64,000 nt of DNA from a virus. Made by a program: the position numbers and the translations under genes. Below are positions 37,675 through 47,124 of this stretch, piece by piece. The notes under the pieces were generated by a model. The model saw only the letters and a program-made list of their open reading frames with translations. It did not search any database and was not told where the DNA came from. The stretch's first letter is position 1; every line of letters starts with the position of its first letter. The stretch is taken from positions 2,502 through 66,501 of the IMG/VR virus record IMGVR_UViG_3300047472_000037; one strand, written 5' to 3'.

Positions 37675-39530
37675 CAGACATCTGGATTTTCGACGTAGAG
37701 GGAGATGGACTTAAACCAACTAAGCTCCATTGCCTCTCTGCTGGTGATCCGAAGACAGGGAAAGTATTTACCACTCCCGATCATGACAGTATGAGAAAGT
37801 TCCTCAAGAACGCTAAGGTACTTGTCGGGCACCACATTACTCGGTTCGACATACCAGTACTAGAACGTCTCTTGGGGATCAAGATCAAAGCCAAACTGAT
37901 CGATACTCTTGCACTCTCTTGGTATCTATATCCCCAACGATTAAGACATGGTCTCGAAGGGTGGGGAGAAGACCTAGGGATCAAGAAACCAGAGATAACA
38001 GACTGGGAAAATCTAAGTCAAGAAGAATATGAACACCGTTGTTCTGAAGACGTCAAAATTAATATGGCCCTTTGGAACCAGATGTACAAATATCTTCTTG
38101 ACATCTACGGTAGTGATAAAGAAATCTGGAAACTTCTGGATTATATAGCATTCAAAATGAAATGTGCCAGACTCCAAGAAGAGTCTAAGTGGAAACTGGA
38201 CATTGAGTATATCAAAAACTCTCTGTCTGAACTGACAGCAATCCAGGAAGAGAAGAAAGTAGCCCTCACAGCAGCAATGCCAAAGGTGCCTATGATTGTT
38301 GTCAAGAGGAAACCTAAAGTATTTCTTAAAAGTGATGGAGAATATTCTAAATTAGGGATGGATTGGATCGCCTTATGCACAAAGAATGGTCTACCTCCTA
38401 CCAATGAGGACGATATTCCTGTCCTTGTCGGTGAGGAAGAGGGTAATCCATCTAGTACTGACCAATTGAAAGAGTGGTTATACTCTCTTGGGTGGGTCCC
38501 ACAGACATTTAAGACTACAAAGAATAAACTGACAGGTGCGACAAAAGAAATTCCTCAAATCAACCTTGAACATGGGAAGGGTATTTGTCCCAGTATCAAG
38601 AAGTTATATGAAAAGGAACCATCTCTTGAACTCCTTGAGGGTCTGAGCGTACTCCAACATCGTATTGGTATCCTGAATGGTTTTCTCAGGGATCAAGAAG
38701 ACGGTTGGATCAAGGCTCAAATCAATGGATTGACTAACACACTTAGGTTCAAGCATACAACTGTTGTCAATCTTCCTAAAGTAGATAAGCTCTACGCTGC
38801 TTCTATCCGTGGTGGACTCATCTGTCCAGAGGGATATGAACAATGTGGTGCTGACTTGTCGTCTTTGGAAGACAAATTAAAACAACATTATATATTTCCA
38901 CTTGATCCTGATTATGTAAATGAAATGCAAGTGGATGACTATGACCCACACCTTTCACTGGCATTCTCCGCCCATGCGATTACTAAAGAACAGATGGATG
39001 ATTATATTTCTGGGATTGATAAAAAGACAATTAAACCCATCCGGGATATATATAAAAATGGAAACTACGCCTGTCAATATCTCGCAGGAGTATCTCGTCT
39101 CGCCATTACTTGTGGGATCTCTTTTTCTGAAGCTAAAGTAGTACATGAGGCGTACTGGAAAAAGAACTGGAGTGTTAAGAAAGTAGCAGAACAGCAGCGA
39201 TATAAAACTGTTGAGGGGCAAATGTGGCTTTTCAATCCTATCTCTGAGCTTTGGTATTCTCTGAGGTATGAAAAAGATATCTTTTCAACATTGGTTCAGG
39301 GCTCCGGTGCTTATGTTTTCGACAAATGGGTTGAGAAAATTCTTGATAAACGAGAGCAATTAACTTTTCAGTTCCATGATGAGTTGGGCTTGACAGTTAA
39401 AAAAGGATTCAGAGAGTCTTGCACTAAGCTTATTAAAGAATCACTAGAAGTATTAAATAAAGAATTAAAATTGAATATCGAAATTCTCTGTGACGTTCAA
39501 TACGGGGATCGTTATTCCGAAATCCATTAA
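37671..39530 (+). CDS. Family A DNA polymerase with 3'-5' exonuclease
   Basis: FDVEGD, FD and EDV exonuclease motifs; ADLSSLE (motif A), KNGNYACQY (B), FHDE (C). Confidence 0.93.
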   Translation: MTDIWIFDVEGDGLKPTKLHCLSAGDPKTGKVFTTPDHDSMRKFLKNAKVLVGHHITRFDIPVLERLLGIKIKAKLIDTLALSWYLYPQRLRHGLEGWGEDLGIKKPEITDWENLSQEEYEHRCSEDVKINMALWNQMYKYLLDIYGSDKEIWKLLDYIAFKMKCARLQEESKWKLDIEYIKNSLSELTAIQEEKKVALTAAMPKVPMIVVKRKPKVFLKSDGEYSKLGMDWIALCTKNGLPPTNEDDIPVLVGEEEGNPSSTDQLKEWLYSLGWVPQTFKTTKNKLTGATKEIPQINLEHGKGICPSIKKLYEKEPSLELLEGLSVLQHRIGILNGFLRDQEDGWIKAQINGLTNTLRFKHTTVVNLPKVDKLYAASIRGGLICPEGYEQCGADLSSLEDKLKQHYIFPLDPDYVNEMQVDDYDPHLSLAFSAHAITKEQMDDYISGIDKKTIKPIRDIYKNGNYACQYLAGVSRLAITCGISFSEAKVVHEAYWKKNWSVKKVAEQQRYKTVEGQMWLFNPISELWYSLRYEKDIFSTLVQGSGAYVFDKWVEKILDKREQLTFQFHDELGLTVKKGFRESCTKLIKESLEVLNKELKLNIEILCDVQYGDRYSEIH

Positions 39531-39550
39531 TGAAAGATAGGTAGACTAGA

Positions 39551-40288
39551 ATGGATGCCATTGCCAAGAGCGTGCTTCAATACATTCAACAACAGAAGTC
39601 CCATGCAGTTATCGCTGGTGGGGCTGCCCGTGATGAATACCTCAGTCTGATCCCTCGTGATTATGATATTTGGGTTCAAGGTAAGTATGACTTCATGGGA
39701 TTGATCTCTGAGTATGATGTCAAAGACTTTAGACAGAAGGGTACATCTTACGACAAGGCGTTCCATGACAACGGTATCAGAGAGGTCTTCTCTTTTTCTG
39801 TTGAAGGAAGATCATTCGATGTGATGACTTACAAGGATAAGTACTTCGAAGAAGATGAATTCGGAAAGAAAGTAGTCGAGAAATTCGATTTCGGTCTGAA
39901 CATGGTGTACTACGATGGTGTATCTATCGATGACACTAATAGGAACTTCCGAGATGACATGGATATTTCTACTATGTCTCTTATTAATCTTGAAAGTATG
40001 GAACACCTTCCTACTGCCATTCGTAGATTTGAGAAGTTCAATCAAAAGTTCTCTGTCCAACAGAATGCCCCAGAGAATTCATGGGCGTTCAGAGCACCTT
40101 GCCTGAAGCTTCTGACTGAGAAGAAGGAAGAATACAAACCCTTTGGTCGTAAGAAACTATACTGGACTGCTGAACCAGCACTGGGTGAATGGATTGGTGA
40201 AATTGCTACACCCCCAGTACCTCCTATGCCAGCAGTGCAAGCATTCGATTGGGATACTCCAGAAGCTGAAATAGAAGATAATTTTTAA
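39551..40288 (+). CDS. Nucleotidyltransferase (CCA/poly(A) polymerase head-like)
   Basis: IAGGAARD..PRDYDIW..FDF signature. Confidence 0.7.
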   Translation: MDAIAKSVLQYIQQQKSHAVIAGGAARDEYLSLIPRDYDIWVQGKYDFMGLISEYDVKDFRQKGTSYDKAFHDNGIREVFSFSVEGRSFDVMTYKDKYFEEDEFGKKVVEKFDFGLNMVYYDGVSIDDTNRNFRDDMDISTMSLINLESMEHLPTAIRRFEKFNQKFSVQQNAPENSWAFRAPCLKLLTEKKEEYKPFGRKKLYWTAEPALGEWIGEIATPPVPPMPAVQAFDWDTPEAEIEDNF

Positions 40289-40305
40289 CAAAAAGGAATA
40301 AGATC

Positions 40306-40974
40306 ATAGCGACACGTTACATGACTTTGAAGGGCCGCATTAAGTGGGCTCAAGTATATCAGCCAGATAATTTCTCTGGTGCTGAAAACTGGAAGGTAAA
40401 CTTCTATCCTTATGACGGAGAAGAGTGGGAAAAGTTTGATGCCACTGGTCTCGAACTGAAACGTAAGGTGGATAACTCTCCAACTGATTCTCTCCTGTTT
40501 AATGAGAAGTTCGTAACTTTCCGTCGTCCTACCAAGAAGGTTATCCGAGAAGAGTTCGTAGTGTTCTCCCCACCGGAGATTACTGGTGAGATTACCGTTA
40601 AGTATGTAGATGAAGAAGGCGAAAAGATCCGCCAGTATAACAAGGGTGAGAAGAAGTCCATCGTTCGAGTGGATGCAGAAGGTGAACCAATCAAGGGTAA
40701 CATCGAATGGGATAACGAAGATACTCGTAAATTCCTCATCCCGAATGGTTCTCTTGCTCTTGTGAACTTCTCTTACTATGACACAGCTAAGGGTAAGGGC
40801 CATAGGTTGGAAGGTATTCGAATCCTTGAGATCGCTGAATACAATAAGCCTGAAGAAGTTGTCGATGAAGAAGTAGAGGAAGTTAAGGAAGTAAAAGTAG
40901 AAGAGAAGAAGTCCAAAAAGAAAGAAGAAACGAAGACTTTCCACGAAGACCTAGACGATAAATTGCCTTGGTAG
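40306..40974 (+). CDS. Putative single-stranded DNA-binding protein (probable ATA start)
   Basis: OB-like with IPNGS; acidic tail ending DLDDKLPW; located in replication module. Confidence 0.65.
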   Translation: MATRYMTLKGRIKWAQVYQPDNFSGAENWKVNFYPYDGEEWEKFDATGLELKRKVDNSPTDSLLFNEKFVTFRRPTKKVIREEFVVFSPPEITGEITVKYVDEEGEKIRQYNKGEKKSIVRVDAEGEPIKGNIEWDNEDTRKFLIPNGSLALVNFSYYDTAKGKGHRLEGIRILEIAEYNKPEEVVDEEVEEVKEVKVEEKKSKKKEETKTFHEDLDDKLPW

Positions 40975-40982
40975 GAGATAGT

Positions 40983-41192
40983 ATGATTCCCGAATACACA
41001 GAATATCTTATTGAATTTGACACTCCCCATTTAGTGGTCTACGTATCTGGTCTCACACCAGAAGGTTACTGGGAGGAAATTCGAGTAGAAGATGAAGTAG
41101 ATAATCCAGAGGACTTCGCTCTGGGTATGGTTGAGGGCTTTAAGAGTCTCGGTCACTTCGCTCAAGCACAACCAGTCAGTTTGGATGCATGA
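40983..41192 (+). CDS. Hypothetical protein
   Basis: AGGAG SD; acidic 69 aa. Confidence 0.55.
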   Translation: MIPEYTEYLIEFDTPHLVVYVSGLTPEGYWEEIRVEDEVDNPEDFALGMVEGFKSLGHFAQAQPVSLDA

Positions 41193-41944
41193 GGACATTA
41201 CTTATCGACGGTGATATTCTTTCCTACCAATGTGCAATCTTTAATGAAGTAGCAACAGAAATAGAACCTGGATACTGGGTTTGGCACTGTGAATTCGGTA
41301 AGGTCATCGACAGTATCAACTGGCAGATTTCTACCTACATGAAACGACTGGAAGCTGACAACTTCATCCTTTGTTTAACTGATAATGACAAGAACTTCAG
41401 AAAAGATATTTTAAGCACGTACAAAGGGAACAGGAGTAACCTTAAAAGACCTCTTGTTCTAAAGCCCACTCGCGAATACCTTATTAAGGAATTGGATGCG
41501 AGGATCACTCCCGGTTTAGAGGGGGATGATCTTATGGGAATTCTCTCCACAGAAGAAACTGATGATGAACGGATTATCGTATCTATCGATAAGGACTTGA
41601 AGACAATCAATGGTAAGTACTATAATCCGAATGCAGATGTAGTCGTAGAGATTACAGAAGAAGAAGCTGATTGGTGGCACCTATATCAAACACTAACTGG
41701 TGACACTATCGACGGATACAGTGGTTGTCCCTCCATTGGTGCTGTAACAGCCAAGAAGATACTTGATGAGAGTCCTACTTGGGATGCTGTCATCAAGACG
41801 TACAAGAAGAAGGGACTGACAGAAGAAGATGCTTTAGTTCAAGCTCGTGTAGCTCGAATACTGAGATCCTCTGATATCGATAATGAGGGTAATCCAATCC
41901 TCTGGACACCGAAGGAGGACAACAATAAAAAAGAAACTTCCTAA
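41189..41944 (+). CDS. 5'-3' exonuclease (T7 gp6-like)
   Basis: LIDGD, YKGNR, LEGDD, DKDL, GDTIDGYSG. Confidence 0.9.
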   Translation: MRTLLIDGDILSYQCAIFNEVATEIEPGYWVWHCEFGKVIDSINWQISTYMKRLEADNFILCLTDNDKNFRKDILSTYKGNRSNLKRPLVLKPTREYLIKELDARITPGLEGDDLMGILSTEETDDERIIVSIDKDLKTINGKYYNPNADVVVEITEEEADWWHLYQTLTGDTIDGYSGCPSIGAVTAKKILDESPTWDAVIKTYKKKGLTEEDALVQARVARILRSSDIDNEGNPILWTPKEDNNKKETS

Positions 41945-42356
41945 AATCGGAAAAAGGATCGTTAAAAACTCTTCGGAATACGAATGCTATAAGAAGATTG
42001 AAGCCATGCTTCCAAAGGATATGACAGTCTCATATGAAACGGATAAGCTTCAATACACAACGACACATACGTACCTTCCCGACTTCACGATTAGATTTCA
42101 GAAGTCTGACGGTATTCATGCCCTTCTGGAATATAAAGGGAATGGCCGAGCATTCGATAATACTGTTAGACAGAAAATGATTGCAGTTAAACAACAATAC
42201 CCTGAACACACTTTTTATATTGTCTTCCACTCAGATGGAAAGATCGGCCCTAAACGAAAGGATGGTTCTTTCCTTAAACAATCCGATTGGGCGAAAAAGT
42301 ATGGTTTTGAGTATTGTATAGGAAGGGATAACATCCCGGAATCCTGGTTTCTTTAA
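41925..42356 (+). CDS. Endonuclease I / Holliday junction resolvase (T7 gp3-like), probable ATA start
   Basis: YE..K..Y....TYLPDF, LEYKG, WAKKYGF; AAGGAGG 6 nt before ATA. Confidence 0.82.
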   Translation: MKKKLPKIGKRIVKNSSEYECYKKIEAMLPKDMTVSYETDKLQYTTTHTYLPDFTIRFQKSDGIHALLEYKGNGRAFDNTVRQKMIAVKQQYPEHTFYIVFHSDGKIGPKRKDGSFLKQSDWAKKYGFEYCIGRDNIPESWFL

Positions 42357-42546
42357 GAGAAAGTTAATTTATGAATACTTATGTTGTCATGCGTGCTGGT
42401 GGTGAAACTGGCACTACAATTGATGCTGATCATTTTATGGTTGACCCATCGGGTACTCTCTATCTTTTCAAGGGTGACATCATCGTCTCTGCTCATAACG
42501 GTTGGGAAGACATCGTTCTAACATATGATGACCGGGAGGTATCTGA

Positions 42547-43311
42547 ATGAGTGAAACTTATCTAATCCTTCCTGATCAGCACGCCGTGAGTTATCACAAC
42601 AATGATCGTGCAGACTGGGCAGCTCAACTTATTATCGACATCAGGCCAACGGTCGTGATTAATATGGGTGATGCTGTAGACCTTGAGTCCCTGAGTTCTT
42701 ATGACAAAGGTAAGAGGGCATTCCAAGGTAGATCCTATAAGAACGATCTAAATGCACATCTTGATTTCCAAGAACGTCTTTGGGAACCTTTGAAGAGGCA
42801 GAAGAAGAAACTCCCTCATCGAGTATTCCTCGAAGGTAATCATGAAAATCGAATTGAACGTGCACTAGACCTTTCTCCTGAACTAGCTGGTACTATCGGG
42901 TTTGAAGACTTCCAGTTCGATAAGTACTATGATGAAGTCATCCGATATGATGGTGGTCTTCCGGGTATCTACAAGAGGGATAATATCCTCTTTGCCCACT
43001 TCTTCCCAACAGGTATCTCAGGACGTCCTATCGGTGGAGAACGACCAGCTCATATGCTTCTGGCTAAGAATGGTATGTCCTCTATCGCTGCTCATAGCCA
43101 CACACTTGATTATGCCACTCGTAGAACCATCGCTGATGAATATCAGAACGGACTAGTAGTTGGTTGTTATCAAGACTTCGTTAACCCATGGGCTGGTCCC
43201 ATCGGCAAGTTCTGGCAAGCAGGTATTCCTGTCCTCCGGAATGTAGAAAACGGTGGATTTGACTTCGAATGGATTAGCATTAAATCCCTACAGAAAGAAT
43301 ACGGAAAGTAA
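42547..43311 (+). CDS. Calcineurin-like metallophosphoesterase
   Basis: PDQH, MGD..D, GNHE, AHSH. Confidence 0.85.
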   Translation: MSETYLILPDQHAVSYHNNDRADWAAQLIIDIRPTVVINMGDAVDLESLSSYDKGKRAFQGRSYKNDLNAHLDFQERLWEPLKRQKKKLPHRVFLEGNHENRIERALDLSPELAGTIGFEDFQFDKYYDEVIRYDGGLPGIYKRDNILFAHFFPTGISGRPIGGERPAHMLLAKNGMSSIAAHSHTLDYATRRTIADEYQNGLVVGCYQDFVNPWAGPIGKFWQAGIPVLRNVENGGFDFEWISIKSLQKEYGK

Positions 43312-43312
43312 A

Positions 43313-43552
43313 ATGACACTCAGGGCCACGTTAGAAATTATCCCATTTGGTGATGAAACTAAAGCAAGAGAAATAGTTGTATTGAATATCAGTAACGTTA
43401 CGTTTAAAGAGGGACGTGGCCCTAATGGCGAAGATACTTATGTCGTAGAGGTCAATGATTATAAGAACTATGACTCTAATACAAAGAGGATCTTTCACAA
43501 GAGAGAAGATGGAGCAGTTGCCCTAGTGGAGAAGGCGTGTCGAAATGTCTGA
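43313..43552 (+). CDS. Hypothetical protein
   Basis: MTLRATLEIIPFG... Confidence 0.55.
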   Translation: MTLRATLEIIPFGDETKAREIVVLNISNVTFKEGRGPNGEDTYVVEVNDYKNYDSNTKRIFHKREDGAVALVEKACRNV

Positions 43553-44027
43553 TAGAGATATCTGGTGGGTAAAAGATTACCTCACGTACAAAGATGGCCA
43601 TCTTTACTGGATAAAATGTGATGCCCCCTGGGTTGATATAACACAACCAGCAGGACATATTAGAAAAGATGGATATTTAGCTATAGGATTCAAGGGTAAG
43701 AATTACTTAGGACATCAGCTAATCTGGTTTTTGTGTTATAGAGAGGTAGCTGATCTCCTGGATCACATAGATAGAAACCCCAGTAATAATAGAATTGAAA
43801 ATCTGCGACGAGCTGATAAAAGATTGAATAGCTTGAATAGAGATGCCCCTAGTAATTCTAAATCTGGAAAAGCTGGTGTATCGTGGGATAGCGCAAGGAA
43901 TAAATGGACAGTTAGGTGGAAAGAAACTAGTGGGAAATATTCTTTCCTTGGCTATTTCGAAGACCTTAACACTGCCATTGAAGTTAGAACTCGAAAAGAA
44001 CAGGAGGTACTGGGCGATGGGAAATAA
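43545..44027 (+). CDS. HNH homing endonuclease with AP2-like domain
   Basis: DHIDRNPSNNRIENLR; SGKAGVSW..W...LGYF. Confidence 0.85.
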   Translation: MSDRDIWWVKDYLTYKDGHLYWIKCDAPWVDITQPAGHIRKDGYLAIGFKGKNYLGHQLIWFLCYREVADLLDHIDRNPSNNRIENLRRADKRLNSLNRDAPSNSKSGKAGVSWDSARNKWTVRWKETSGKYSFLGYFEDLNTAIEVRTRKEQEVLGDGK

Positions 44028-44521
44028 TATCTTTCTTATCTCAGACACTCACTTTCAATCATTCCAATATCATCAAGTATTGTGATCGTCCGTTCAAAGA
44101 TACAAAAGAAATGGATTGGACAATGGTAGAAAATTGGAACAAGGTAGTTAAGCCACAAGATAAGGTTTATCACTTGGGTGATGTTTACATGGGTGCCACA
44201 AGGGGATATATCGAGAATATATTACAGCATCTTAATGGACATAAGAGGTTGATCCTAGGTAACCATGACAATGGGAAGGATCAAGTCCTTCAGAGATATT
44301 TCGAAAAGATCGATGTCTGGAGGATGTTCCCTGAGTTTGGACTTCTTTTGACCCATGTTCCTGTTCATGAAAGTACTCTAGACAGAGGTATGGGGAAAGA
44401 ACTTCTTAACGTTCACGGACATATCCATAACAAGGAGTCTCCTACTTCTAACCATTATAATGTTTCTGTTGAGATGATCGACTACACCCCAATCAATATA
44501 GAGAATGTACGAATTCGTTAA
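44017..44521 (+). pseudogene. Metallophosphoesterase split by a +1 frameshift at 44053-44055
   Basis: MGNNIFLISDTHF then, in the +1 frame, NHSNIIKYCDRPF...HLGD...GNHD...HGHIH. Confidence 0.75.
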
Positions 44522-44703
44522 TGAGTGATACTGATACAAAGTTTAAACATTCTAAGAAGCGCAATATTATGGCAAAGCATCTTAGGGATCAAGGTGATTA
44601 TAAAGGTGCCTATGCTATAAAGATTATTGATCCACGAAAAGAAGAATATAAGAGAAAGCATATGAGAGTGAGTGATATTGTAAATGATGAAAACGAGTAT
44701 TGA
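44521..44703 (+). CDS. Hypothetical basic protein
   Basis: TAATG coupling. Confidence 0.5.
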   Translation: MSDTDTKFKHSKKRNIMAKHLRDQGDYKGAYAIKIIDPRKEEYKRKHMRVSDIVNDENEY

Positions 44704-45026
44704 GGACTGGCTAGAGAGGGAGCTAGAGAAAAAAGACTTTGAAACGATCCTAGAAGATTTCGATCTTGATCCGTATACAGTGTTCTGGTTGTTATTTCAA
44801 AATGGATTGATCGATGAAGAATTGATTGAATTGGAAGTAGATTGAATACTACAGACAGCTATACAATCAAGTACCCCCTCGAAGTATTTGAAGAGTGGTT
44901 GGAAGAGAGGGCTATGGAGGATGGTATCTTCTATGGTAACGGAAGAATTTCCATAACTAACATCACCTTCGACGATGTGAATGCATATGTCATAATTGAA
45001 GGTGAAATCTTACGGAGAATGGATTC

Positions 45027-45791
45027 ATGAACGCACATAAATTTTATACACTACTATCTGTCGGTGTCATTGGACTATCAGCCCTACTCTTCTTGGGCAA
45101 GGCTGTACGAGCAGACGAGGTAAGTACTTTTCAGAAACAAGCCGTGGACACTGTACTACAGTTGAATCGTAATTGTTCTGGTACTGTAGTTGATATTGGT
45201 GTTCCTTCGAGTACCTATATCCTTACTGCCAATCATTGCACGACAGAAGAAGCTGCTAATGATGCTCAGCGTGGTATGGTTTCTGTAGACGAGAAGGTAC
45301 ATGGCAAACTCATTAGTACTGAACTTCTTCCCTATGATGTAGTTGTCCGTGATACTGCCAAGGATCTGGCTATTGTAAAGGTTCGTAAGGAAGGTCTCTT
45401 TCTACCTACCGCTAAGATCGCCAAGGAAGATCCTAGGGAAGGCGAACAGGTCTGGACTATCGGGTATCCTCTAGGACTCACTAGAACCGTCACAGAGGGC
45501 CGTATGGGCGACTACGAGGCTATCAATAAGGATATGACCGCTGATAACTTCGGTGATGCTCCTGATGGTCGTGTAATGTACCGTGCTACTCCCGCCCTAT
45601 ATGGTGGTAACTCTGGTGGTGGTTTCTTCATTAAACGTAATGATGATTACCTTCTTGTTGGTGTATCTGACGCAGGCTTCCGTCAGTTCTTTGTTGCTGG
45701 TTATTATGTAACTCAGAGTGATGTGAATGACCTAGTCGGTCGTGCATTCAAAAAGACCGCTGAAATCGAACAGAAGAAGGCTAACGATTGA
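45027..45791 (+). CDS. Trypsin-like serine protease with N-terminal signal/TM segment
   Basis: LTANHC, DLA, IGYP, GNSGG catalytic triad motifs. Confidence 0.85.
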   Translation: MNAHKFYTLLSVGVIGLSALLFLGKAVRADEVSTFQKQAVDTVLQLNRNCSGTVVDIGVPSSTYILTANHCTTEEAANDAQRGMVSVDEKVHGKLISTELLPYDVVVRDTAKDLAIVKVRKEGLFLPTAKIAKEDPREGEQVWTIGYPLGLTRTVTEGRMGDYEAINKDMTADNFGDAPDGRVMYRATPALYGGNSGGGFFIKRNDDYLLVGVSDAGFRQFFVAGYYVTQSDVNDLVGRAFKKTAEIEQKKAND

Positions 45792-45917
45792 TGGCAGGAG
45801 AAATAATCTTCTCTGCATTCGGGGGATTCTTATTTGGTCTGATCCTTGGGTGTATGCTAACATCGATGGATGCCAAAGATCGTGAAATAAAGGGTTTGAA
45901 GAAAAGAGTTGGTGAAG

Positions 45918-46178
45918 ATGACTAAACTAACATTTACAACTGATGAGGATCATGTTCATACCTTCGAAGGTGAAGTGATGATCGATGGTAAGCTGGAGGG
46001 ATTTAGTATCCAGTTCACCAAGGAATTCCCAACGGGTAAAGATATTGGACACATGCTATATGCTGCTGCTAATCTGGCCAGTAGTAATCATTATGTAAAC
46101 CAGTATAATTCCATTGTAGACCTTCTAGAACAACTAGAGAAAGATCTAGAAGCGCTCAGTGGAGATAGTAATGGATGA
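45918..46178 (+). CDS. Hypothetical protein
   Basis: ORF in operon; start uncertain. Confidence 0.5.
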   Translation: MTKLTFTTDEDHVHTFEGEVMIDGKLEGFSIQFTKEFPTGKDIGHMLYAAANLASSNHYVNQYNSIVDLLEQLEKDLEALSGDSNG

Positions 46179-46298
46179 AGATAATGATCCACACTCGGAT
46201 GAATACTACTTCTATGCTGGCTGTTTGATTTCTGTCGGTATGGGGATACTGGTTGCTGTCTTCCTATACATGTTGAACAGTTTGTTGTAATCATATCA

Positions 46299-46329
46299 GC
46301 CCTCGTAGAGATACGGGGGTTTTTCTTTC
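46299..46329 (+). terminator. Intrinsic terminator
   Basis: GCCCTCGTA-GAGA-TACGGGGGT followed by TTTTCTTT. Confidence 0.78.
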
Positions 46330-46341
46330 TGAGGATTAAGA

Positions 46342-46587
46342 ATGTTTGAATCAGGTGATATTGTACAAGTGATCGTAGAGAGTTCTAGAACAGATTACGC
46401 TGGATATAAAGGGTTTTATGGTGAACATGTAAAGATTATAGCAGGACCATATGATGATGATTCTGTTCTAGTATCTATTTTGAATTCTGGTGAGAGTGCA
46501 GTCATGTATATAGATGAGATTGCTCAATTGGATTTTGAACTCCCATATGATCCAAAACAGATGCCAGACCAAGAGGACGATATTTGA
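46342..46587 (+). CDS. Small tailed protein (copy 13), outlier 12 kb from the cluster
   Basis: MFESGDIV...ELPYDPKQMPDQEDDI. Confidence 0.72.
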   Translation: MFESGDIVQVIVESSRTDYAGYKGFYGEHVKIIAGPYDDDSVLVSILNSGESAVMYIDEIAQLDFELPYDPKQMPDQEDDI

Positions 46588-46875
46588 ATGGCTGAATGGC
46601 ATACCCTATACACCTCATCTGCTATTAATTGTCAGTGGTGTACTAAGGCTAAAGAACTATTGAACATTTACGGTATAGATTTCTATGAAAAAGATATTAA
46701 CGAGAATGAGACCTACAAGCAGGAATTTCTGGAAGCAGGTCATACAACTGTTCCACAACTATATCACGAAGGGACTCTGATCGGTGGCTACGAAGCAACA
46801 GAAAGATACCTCAGACTCAAACATTCAGCCAAAGCAAGAGAAGAAGAATTGTCCGAACGACTCACAAGAATTTAG
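46588..46875 (+). CDS. Glutaredoxin
   Basis: CQWC, TVPQ, IGGY. Confidence 0.85.
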   Translation: MAEWHTLYTSSAINCQWCTKAKELLNIYGIDFYEKDINENETYKQEFLEAGHTTVPQLYHEGTLIGGYEATERYLRLKHSAKAREEELSERLTRI

Positions 46876-46926
46876 AAAACGAATAGATTTCATTTTCGAA
46901 CAAAATAGGGATATGGGATACTATTG

Positions 46927-47109
46927 ATGAGTAATATCGATCCGTGGATTAAAGTCCTTGAGCGAATGAAAGAACGGGTGAAAGAACGAGACAAACTTAG
47001 GATAGAAGAGATCAAGAATTGTAAACATGATTGGAAGAACGACCATGATTTCGTTTATGATTACTGTCATCAGACTTGTTCAAAGTGTAAACACAAAAGG
47101 ATGTTTTAA
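46927..47109 (+). CDS. Small Cys/His protein
   Basis: CKHDW...CSKC. Confidence 0.45.
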   Translation: MSNIDPWIKVLERMKERVKERDKLRIEEIKNCKHDWKNDHDFVYDYCHQTCSKCKHKRMF

Positions 47110-47124
47110 TGGGATTTAAAACGT

